A DNA stretch of 64,000 nucleotides from Antedon mediterranea (taxonomy: Eukaryota > Animalia > Echinodermata): assembly GCF_964355755.1 (NCBI RefSeq), contig NC_092678.1:7766422-7830421 (forward strand), read 5' to 3'. Each line of letters begins with the position of its first letter. The stretch's first letter is position 1. This document shows, in pieces, positions 54,272 through 64,000 of this stretch. The notes beneath the pieces are model-generated. The model ran no database searches, was not told the origin of the DNA, and worked only from the letters and a program-made list of their open reading frames with translations. The translations under genes and the position numbers were made by a program.

Positions 54272-55630
54272 TTAGTCGCGTGGAAGCGACTCTATAGTTC
54301 ACTATGTCGGTCGGTTGGTCGGTCGGTCTGTCTGTCTGTCTGTCGGTCTGTCTGTCGGTCTGTCTGTCTGTCTGTCTGTCTGTCGGTCCGGTATCACTAT
54401 GCGTTTTATCGCTTTCTGACCTTATCTTGATATCAGTTTAATCTAGCTAGGTCAATTTTTCACAGTATATTCCTTATGGCCAGGAATCAATGTGGTTATG
54501 TTTTCACGGTGCGCAATAAAAAATTACGCGGTCTACGCACGATTTAACGAAATCACGTTTGTAATCATATCTTCACAACCATGAATCACAATTAGATAAA
54601 ATTTGGTACTCATAAATTTCAGGGCATAAATCATCATAATGGCAATACAATTACGTGCGTAGCGCATGTAACGCATGCGTACGCGCGCTTAAAATTTTCT
54701 AAATTTATTTTTGATGAAATAAGAGTAGGCCTACATTTCAGGCAATTTTAAGCGTTTACAAAATTGCCATGAGTGCGCATATTTTTGCGCGCGCATTGCG
54801 CGTTAAATGTTATTGCGCACTCTTTTTGCCCGATTTCTGTTTTCTTGACTTACTTTTCAACTCGAAATTACGTTATACGAGCACGTCGAAAGTGACAGGC
54901 TACGCACGTGTAAATTAAAACAAGGCCAACAGCCATTAAGTCGCGTGCTACAATGCATAGTGATACCGGACCGACAGACAAACAGACCGACAGACAGACA
55001 GACCGACAGACAGACGGACCGACCGACATAGTGAACTATACTGACCGAAATTACTGAACATGTTTAAAAATGTTGAAATGTTTAAAAACATTTATATTTT
55101 TTTAATTTACACGTGCGTAGCCTGTCACTTTTTACGTGCTCGTATAACGTAATTTTGAGTTGAAAAGTAAGTCAAGAAAACAGAAATCGGGCAAGAAGAG
55201 TGCGCAATAACATTTAACGCGCAGTGCGCGCGCAAAAATCTGCGCACTCATGGCAATTTTGTAAACGCTTAAAATTGCCTGAAACGTACTCTTATTTCAT
55301 CGAAAATAAATTTTGAAAATTTTAAGCGCGCTTACGCATGCGTTACATGCGCTACGCACGTAATTGTATTGCCATATGATGATTTATGCCCTGAAATTTA
55401 TGAGTACCAAATTTTATCTAATTGTGATTCATGGTTGTTAAGATATGATTACAAACGTGATTTCGTTAAATCGTGCGTAGACCGCGTAATTTTTTATTGC
55501 GCACCGTGAAAACATAACCACATCGTCTGTCTGTCGGTCTGTCGGTCTGTCTGTCGGTCTGTCGGTCTGTCTGTCGGTCCGGTATCACTATGCATTGTAG
55601 CACGCGACTTAATGGCTGTTGGCCTTGTTT
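54272..55630. mobile_element. Nested, inverted HINE/DINE-1-like elements forming a fold-back structure
   Basis: Arms 54490-54920 and 55100-55523 are near-perfect inverted copies; 54918-54990 and 55545-55630 form a second inverted pair; (GTCT/GTCG)n tracts; same family as 42167-42595. Confidence 0.85.
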
Positions 55631-57516
55631 ATATTTGTCTTTGTCTTTTTTTGAAGAAATATTATTATTTTATATAATTAAAACAACTCGATGGTCGGAA
55701 ATGGCACTTGAATGGAATAAAAATCTAATATACTGTAAGAGTGTCCAGGACCTCGGCCCCACCGTCGTAAGGGCTGATGTAAGAACGTTTTGGAGAATAG
55801 GGCTGCTGCGATGTCCGGAATTGGCACTTAATTTAAATATGGAAGAAAAATATCAGTTTACAGGAGAAAATTCGAGCTAAAAAGTTACCGGAAATTGCCC
55901 TTTTAATTATGAACTGAAAAATCAAAACTCCTTTAACGTTCAATTGTCTCTAAATCTGAGGATCTAATAACCTGCATAATCTCTGAAATAGAGCAACATA
56001 TTGGTCAATCGAGGCTAACCTCCGTTTCGTTGTGCTGTGCCTATCGCACACACGATAGTTGAGCAGCCTTCCCGTGCGAAGAAGAGTCGATCAAGTTCAA
56101 AACGAAAGGATGGATGTAATATTGTACGGAAAAAACCTGACAGACATGTTTTGTACGATATAATATTTTGCAAAGTGATATGAAATTGCAAGATTACACA
56201 AATTATTATTCTTCTTCTTTGGTATATTATTTGTTTGGTTGTTCAAAAAACACAAATTTATGCCAGATTATGCTAAAACGGTTAAATAATGCCGCGGCAT
56301 TATGACAGATGCCGTGGGCCTCCAAATAATGCCAAAAAGCATAATAATGCCAGAAATGGCAACTATGGACTAGTGTAACGCTCCAATACACAGCAAGTCC
56401 AATAGAGGTCGGCAGATGTAGAGATTAGGGAGATCATGAAAATGAGCACATGTGTAATGTCATAAAACATGTAGTGAGAATAAAGCCACCCAAAACCACT
56501 ATATTTGAAGTGTTTATATTCATTATTTCTGGAGTCGGGAATATAACATATAGTAATCAACGATATATTATATGTTATATTATCAAGAGTGAAATTTCGG
56601 TGCTATTATTCGTATTGTTGTTAAACTAATAATACTACTCGCTACACGATCATTAATCTCTAGACCGTAATTATTGTTTTTATCGTAATTTATTTATTTA
56701 TTTATTTTTTCCAATTTTTAATTGTTACATAGGACATCACATTTTAAAGCTTTGCTTATAGTGATGCCCGATTCAATCAATCAATATATAACTTTTGCTT
56801 AAAACCATGTTCAACTGTAGGCCGTTGCCAATATACAGTAATCTCCCTAAACACTGCTACTTTTAATACTTACAATATAATATGTTTTCATCTTTTCCAT
56901 TAATTGTAAACCTCTAATTAAACTTTCCAGTATTTTAATATTCAACTTCTGTTTCCAATAATATTCAGTATAAACAATTAATTTTTATTATTATCATTAC
57001 TGTAAATAATCATTGTATATATTTTATAATTAATATTTATATTGGTCTTGTTTTTTTTTTTGTAAAAATCTACTGTAATATTATATCTTATTGTGGTTAC
57101 CATTATAACAAATGTACGATTGATTGAATAAAGTTCACATATATAATTAGTAAAAAGATAAATATTTTAGCACATATGGCGTTTCATACGTATAATATTT
57201 CATCCCAATATTATTTATTTATTTTAATGACTTTTTTCATGATTGTCTGCAATCGTTTCCGTAGCCACAGTTGGATTTAACAACAAAAGACACTGTAATG
57301 TTAAAAAAACCAACAAAAAAAACCTTCTAACTGGTACATTACAGCATTTGTTTTAATATCACTACCTTTGTAGTTTATATAATGTTAGGCAATATTATTT
57401 TATTGAAAAACATATTTACAATTATACATAACAATATGAATACAATATTCAATTGATCTTTTGTTTTTAAATAATACAAATGTTTTATATGATTTTATAC
57501 ACTGAGCATAATTTAT

Positions 57517-57655
57517 GCTTTGTCTACACTATCAAACTTTATGTGAAAAAAAGGGCTCATACTGATATGATTATATTCGGGCATATCACTACACCCTATT
57601 TGGCCATATAACACTTTTTTTGTCAAACTAGTTTGATAGAGTGTAGACAGAACTT
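57517..57655. mobile_element. MITE (TGTCTACACTATCAAACT family)
   Basis: TGTCTACACTATCAAACT ... AGTTTGATAGAGTGTAGACAGA; homologous to 19379-19509. Confidence 0.75.
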
Positions 57656-58189
57656 AAGACACAAAATAAATTGACTGTAGACAGTTTTCAAAAATGAAAA
57701 GCCATCAAATAAAAATAAATTGATTAAAAAAAGCATAGGCCTACAACGCATCACATGGGTTGATGAAATACATTAAATGAAATAAAAAACAATTTTACAA
57801 AGTATTATAATAAACCTAAATTGTACAGTATTTATTTGATTATAGTGTGATCCAAGAGCGTAGTTTCATGCATATTCAAATATCCATCGACTTTTGCAAC
57901 CCCCACCCCAACAAATTATTAGCGCACAATAGATTAGCTTACGAAAAACAGGCTCAAATAATATAACTTTAAATGTATTGACTACAACGGATCTTAAATA
58001 CGATACAAGTAATTTATGCCTATTAAAAATACCAGAAAGAAGAGAGCAATACAAAGCTTTCGAAAACAAGCCATGTTAAAGGTTAGATGTCAAAATAAAT
58101 TGGAGTTTCAGTATTGCATAATAAAACATAAACCGGGCTGAAAATAAAACAAGGTACCGTTAAAATATCTTACATTCTTGTGACCCTTG

Positions 58190-61059
58190 TTATAATTTCA
58201 ACTTCACTTTATTATGACACCTTGTTTTAAAATCCTGTAGTCCTGCTACATTTGATTGATTGCATTCTTGCATATCAATGTCTATTAGGCAAGGAAAAGT
58301 TGTCAAAAGAGTGCAAAGTAAGGTTCCGTCAATGTTACTAAAATCATTACCACTGATATTGAGGTATTTCAGTGACTTTAACTCGACATTTCTATTGGAA
58401 TACTCTGTGATCATACTGTTAAATACAGTCCCTGATAGATAACAATGGTGCATTATCAGCTTTTCTAGACTTGTACACATAATGATTAAAGAACCTAGTA
58501 AAGTACCATCAATGTCGGTTAGATTATTACCACTTATGTCGAGATTAAGTAAAGGTAATTTAACTCCTTTATTGCAACACTCTGTGATCGTATTATTCAT
58601 TACAACACCCGATAGATCACAATCATGCATGTCAAGATAATGTAGCCCAGGAGACATAACTAATAAAGAACCCAGTAAAGTTCCATCAGTGTCACTGAAA
58701 TGATTACCACTGATATTGAGCTTACGTAATGCCATCTTAGCTTCTTTCTCAGAACACTCGTTTATCATAGAATTTATTACAGCACCCGATAGATTACAAT
58801 CATGCATATCCAGTTCAAGATATGTGTTAGGCGAGAGTGAACGAGAACCCACCATAGACAATAAAGAACCCAATAATGTACCATCGATGTTATTGAAATT
58901 ATTACTACTGATATTTAGATTACGTAATCTCAACTCAACTTTTCTGAATGAACATTCTGTGATTAAATCATTCATAATATTACCCGATAGATTGCAACTA
59001 TGCATGTCAAGTGTATGCAGCATCGTACACCTAAACATTAAATAACTTAGGAATACACTAGCAATGGTGCTGAGGTCATTGCTACTTATATTGAGAGTTT
59101 GCAGTGTAAACTTACATTTTTGTCGCCAACACTCTTCGACCATACAAGTAATTATATCACTAGACAATTTGCAATCATGCATGCCAAGGTATTGCAACCC
59201 TGGAGACATAATTAAAAAAGAACCCAGTAATGTACCATCAGTATTGCTCAGATCATTGCCGCTGACGTCGAGATAACGTAACCTTAAATTAACTCCTCTG
59301 TCAACCCACTCTCTTATCATATCGTTTACCACAACACCCGACAGATTGCACTGTTTCATCTCAATGTTTTTACAAGTAGAAAGGCACACAATATGTGCAA
59401 GAACTATTCCTTTGCAACGATTCATTTGATAAAACATGCGCAAACTATGGCTATCAGGAAAGCTATGAAGCGTTCTTATAAGATGTATGAAGTGTCCATC
59501 AAAGTGTTCGTCTTGAAAGACGTGACGAATAAACACTCTTAAGGACTTAGATACATCATCAGTAAGTTGCTTTACTTCTGAAGTTGTGTTGGAAATGGAG
59601 TAATTAATCAGTGCCCTTTCCACATTATCCTCATGTTGTTTTTCAACACAATCCCAGTGAGTACCCATTAAGGAGACATATGTTGACAAATCATTTGTAA
59701 TCCAATGCCTTAAGAATTGACCAGCATCAGCACCAAGAAAGCCAATTGCAATCTTTCTTACCTCTATGAAATAGTCACTTTCTCTTATTACCTTCCATTC
59801 ATGTTCATCCAATGGCGTTAGTAGGTTAAGACCCTCTGCGCAAGCATTATCATTACCTTCACTTTCACATAGTTTGGATAAGTAAAATCCAACCAATGAC
59901 TCAACTATTAACTTGTGCAGAGGCATGTAAATCTCCTCAAAGTCGGATTTTGAAATTAGAGCATCTCTATAAACAAATCCCAGGCGTAGGGCCATGTCAA
60001 CCAAATCTCTAGAACCCCCATTATCTATCAAATCTCTTCTATTCAGTGAAAGGTTATTCTCTTTCAAGTTATAATACATACACTTTCCTAACAACATCAT
60101 AGCGTTTACAAACTCAGTTGGAGCGTCATTAAATTTAGAAATCTTTTGCCAGTTTTGTTGCTCTTTTTCAATAAACTGATTCAAAATACTTCGAGAAATT
60201 TCTTTAAAAAGATCATCTTCAACAGGAAGACTTTGCTTGTCTTCCCAGAGAATACAAAGTGAGAGAAGTAACATTGGATTTTTGGACAAAGAGTATACCT
60301 CTGAAGGTTTACGATCTACCAACTCCTTTGTTAGTGATTTTCCTAATTTAGGTGATTCAAAATATTGGAAATGTTTGTCAATATACTTTCTTATGCTCTC
60401 ATCATCAAATCCATTAATATTCACATGCACATCACATTCGTTTATGAATTCATATATGCTTTCTGTCCGCCGTGATGTAAGTATTATGACACTTTTTTCT
60501 AAAGTTTCCTTTCTGAAAAGACGAATTAAGCTTTCATTCTGAAATCTTAATTCATCTAATCCATCTAATAACAATACAATGTTATCATCATGATTCATTA
60601 TGAAGCGTCTGATTATCTTTGAATCTTCTGAAAGATTTTCATTCAAACTTAAATCTTCAAGATTGAGTTGTTTTTCTATCAGATCTAAGATTCCCTTACC
60701 TTTCTCTAAATCTCTTGCATTTAAAAGGAATACAATTTTACCTTTAAATGGTTTAATTGACTTAATCGACGAGGTGTACGCTAAGTATTTTAACAGAGTG
60801 GTTTTACCAATTCCACCATCACCAACTATTAGACATTTGCATGCAGGCGTGTTTTCAATCATTTCTAACACATCTGTTAATGTTGTCGGTTGGTTCGGTC
60901 GGAGTTCGTCTGAATTATTTCCTTTGAGTAGTTCTAGTTCCGTGAACATATCCGAAATGTCGACTTGGTATCTAGGATTCATAGTCGGTGGTGTAAAACG
61001 TTTTGCCCGGAAGCACACTATCTGCTGTTTTCTATGCAAATATTTTCTACAAAAATCTT
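58190..61059 (-). CDS. NACHT NTPase plus ribonuclease-inhibitor-like LRRs in one 2.87-kb exon
   Basis: Walker A GDGGIGKTT, Walker B VLLLDGLDE, sensor VIILTSR, INGF, NPMLL, winged-helix PLHKLIVESLVGFYL; alternating LxxLxISGNxL / LxxLDMHDCxL repeats. Confidence 0.95.
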
Positions 61060-63664
61060 CTACAAAAAAGAAATGTATATGAATAAAACTTTAACAAAAC
61101 GCTCGTTCTTTACCCTTTGTTTTACTCGAGTTTTTAAATTAGAATATTTGGATTGGCAGGATAGTAACCACAACAGTATTTTATTATTAACAACTATCAC
61201 TCACCTTGCTGGTCATGCTGAATATGTGTTGAATTAACTGAAGTGTCTAGACCAAAAAACAAAAACAAAAAACACCACTCAGCATTTCAGATTTGAAATT
61301 AGGATTATTAAAACAGGTTTTCTATCAAAATTGTTGATATCAGGTATCAGATTTATTATTTTGGGGTTTTTTAGACATACGTTTTCAATATTTGCTCAAA
61401 TTTAAACCTGCTAATAGCGCACAGGGTTCTTTCTCTTTTGGTGCTATTGTGGCAAACACGTTTCCAGTAGAGGTATGCTTACTGGTCGTGACGTTACCAT
61501 TTACACTTTTATCAGTAGCTTATTAGCTATTCGCAAACTCTACATTTATGAAAATGTGTTTAACAAAACTTTAATGCTACGCAACTTCACTTACCTTGCT
61601 CAAGAGTTTCAAGCAGCTTTTGACATAAATCCTCTGCCCAACCATTTGCCACAGTCATTGGTTCCAAAAAGCTTGGAATCTTAGTATCTTTTGTAATTTT
61701 AACAGGAATAAGTTTTCCTCGATCTAGGGTCTTGTTTTTCAGCATTTCTTCAACAGTCATTGCCGCAACATAGTCGGGATTGTGTGTAGCGGATTGTGTA
61801 GTAAACCCAACAACAACTTTTCTGCATCTAGATATTGGTTCTATCAGATTTTTAATTTGATAGTTGCCGAGTATCCGGTCTTTTCTGCTAAGACATTTAA
61901 TTTGTGGGTTTATCTTTTGAAGACCGTCCAACACCTTTTTTTCCCAATCAGCATCATCACTTATGATATAGAAATCTAAAATGGAGACATTGATTATCAG
62001 GTGATATCAGCATTGTGATTTAACAGGCTATATATGCCGTGATGCGTGTTTCCTGTCATCAACAACGGGTTAACTTAGCCTTACCCTCACTAAGTACTAT
62101 AATTAGCCCATTGCCTAGCTCTATGCCTATAATACAAATAGTATATGTACATGATGATATTGACAACTATTGGGGAATGTGAGTGAGAGATAATTGTTTT
62201 TTTAAAGAGCTTAATGAATTCTTTTTCAAAGTGTGAGTAAGGAAATGTGTAGGCCTACATTTGCACGAATCTTTATAATCATAAGACCTTTATCAAATGT
62301 GTTGTGTAGGTTACAGAGAAGATAATACACTAATCGGTCAATTTGGAAAAAAGCCAATGCTCGAATTACAGTTTTACTCACGATTTTCTGAACGACCGGA
62401 TTGTATTTGATCTTCTTCTGGTTTGTATACCAGTGGTTCCTAAATAAATATTTGAAAACCGTATATAATCATATATGATATAAAAAAACACATGAACGAT
62501 TTAGAAGAAATTAGAATAAATTAAGAGAGAGAAAAGGGTGGGAGTGTGGAGGGAAGCTACAAAAATGAAAAGAATTAATATCTGTATTGGATCTATTATC
62601 TTCTGTATACTGAATCATATTAATATGCTATTGCACTGTTGGTACAGTATTCTATTAAATACCGTGATGTAGTGTAAACATAACACTTACTTGCGCTGCT
62701 GGGATAGATAAAGGGCGTGATGGTAAAAAATATGATAATATCCAGTTGAAAAAACGGGTGAAAACTCGATTGAAATTGTTGAAAATCCATTGACGAGTGT
62801 TTGTTTCATTGCTGTGTTGGTTTTCAAAGTTCCCTGAATCTACATCTTGCGGGGAGCGAGAACATTTATGTGCTGGGTCTCTAACGACCTCACTGGGTTT
62901 TTCTGGAAGAGATACAACACAATATGATGTGGAAAGGTCTGCTCCTTGTTTATTGTCTAAGGTGGTATTTGTATCTCCTTCTTTTTATTCTAGTTCGTTT
63001 CTTTGATGACCAGCAACTGCTTTTCTTTTTTCTAGAAAAAAACAAACAAACAATATATAATGATAATATCCAGTTATATGGTAATATCCATATATATATA
63101 TATATATATCAATTGTGTTGCGTAGCACTTGGTAAATTTATATATAAATCATACTGTAAATTATAGAAACAGTGCTCATATGTGAAACATGATCTCATAA
63201 TCGCGTCGAGCATAGCTCATTGGCGAAACTTCCGTATTTTTAAGTTGTATTAAAAAATGTCTCTGGCGGGATTCGAACCTGCAACCTCTCGCTTACAGGG
63301 CGAGTATCATACCACTGGACCACAGAGCCATATATGGTATTGTCACAGATTTTATATATATAAATCCAAAGGCAAATTACTGAAAAAAATGACAATGCTG
63401 TGGGTATCAGTGGCTGGATCTCAATGGAGATACAAAAATAAAAAGCGAAAAGCTAAATCAAAACGATAAAGTAAACAGCCAGAAAAGTTAGCAGAGCTTT
63501 CGGGCAACACTAGCCCTTCATCAGTGCAAGTGAAGGAATTTGGATAACGTCATAGATTTTATATATATATATAGATAAAGGACGTGATGCCGAAGCATTT
63601 GGTGGGCTACATGGTTTTACTTACCAACTGGTGCGTTTATTTGTAGTAAATTTTCCGATGGTTT
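58190..63664 (-). CDS. NLR-family protein with TIR-NACHT-LRR architecture (5' end not resolved; in-frame TAA in an upstream exon)
   Basis: Exons (minus) 63664-63625, 63031-62691, 62439-62382, 61975-61595 (TIR), possibly 61518-61408, 61246-61205, 61059-58190 (NACHT+LRR). Splice phases are compatible throughout. Confidence 0.75.
61595..61975 (-). CDS. TIR-domain exon (phase 1-1) of the NLR gene
   Basis: HFYIISDDADWEKKVLDGLQ (box 1-like), IKCLSRKDRILG (box 2-like), SRCRKVVVGFT, KLIPVKI..IPSFL. Confidence 0.75.
63258..63329 (-). pseudogene. Degenerate tRNA-like sequence (SINE head or pseudo-tRNA)
   Basis: GGCTCTG-TGGTCCAGTGG (A box)...CTCGC-CCTGTAA-GCGAG...GGTTCGAATCC (B box)-CAGAGAC; mismatches in acceptor and T stems, C33. 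Confidence 0.65.
63491..63527 (-). ncRNA. Minimal type I hammerhead-ribozyme motif in a Penelope-like repeat segment
   Basis: Minus strand GCA-CTGATGA-A-GGGC-TAGTGTT-GCCC-GAAA-GCTC-TGC: core boxes, 4-bp helix II, palindromic AGCT helix III, 3-bp helix I (GCA/TGC). Confidence 0.7.
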
Positions 63665-64000
63665 CTAAAAATTAATACATAAACATCATATTAAATTGAC
63701 TTATATTAGGCCTTTACTACAATTTACTGTATGTAATAACTAACTAGGACATGAACCATTTAAAAGCAAACCATGATAACAAAATAAATTTAAATCAATA
63801 AATATTATATACAATAGGCCTACATTGTCATCATCCTACCACAAAGCTATTATATCTTCATAGTTACTACTCTCTTCTGTTGTATATTGTTCAATCAGGT
63901 AATTTCAACATGAGTAGTTAAGGGAAGTCTGGTAATTGAAATATGAATATATTTATTTATTTTAACAATATTTTATGAGGGTGAATCTACATCATGTGAA

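Noticed and set aside
58260-61237. Plus-strand ORFs overlapping the NLR (also 32301-32726, 16034-16360, 4307-4540)
   Set aside because: Antisense shadows of real minus-strand coding sequence with no recognisable motifs.
63840-63930. Further upstream NLR exon
   Set aside because: I could not find a stop-free frame ending in phase 0; left unresolved at the window edge.
1-64000. Prokaryotic defence system (CBASS-like NTase plus TIR plus STAND NTPase)
   Set aside because: The genes have spliceosomal introns and eukaryotic repeats, there is no operon structure, and the NTase is OAS-type and predicted inactive.

Overview
AT-rich, intron-rich animal genomic DNA; a marine invertebrate such as an echinoderm is my inference from repeat and gene style. 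All four genes I could reconstruct by hand from GT-AG sites and intron phases are on the minus strand. (1) A 323-aa 2'-5'-oligoadenylate-synthetase (OAS)-fold protein whose catalytic motifs are degenerate, so a predicted pseudo-enzyme. (2) A TTLL3/TTLL8-type tubulin glycylase with a long N-terminal extension and candidate alternative C-termini. (3) A 17-exon, ~1091-aa secreted mosaic protein: signal peptide, YWTD beta-propeller, beta-rich region, C-type-lectin domain, Cys-rich module and Asp-box domain. (4) An NLR with TIR-NACHT-LRR architecture whose 5' end is unresolved and which has an in-frame stop in an upstream exon; a frameshifted, truncated duplicate of its 3' end lies ~26 kb away. Introns and intergenic DNA hold many MITEs, LINE fragments, a probable solo LTR, a nested fold-back of Helentron-type elements, tRNA-like sequences and two copies of a minimal hammerhead-ribozyme motif. 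Exon models and family names come from motif recognition only; no searches were run.
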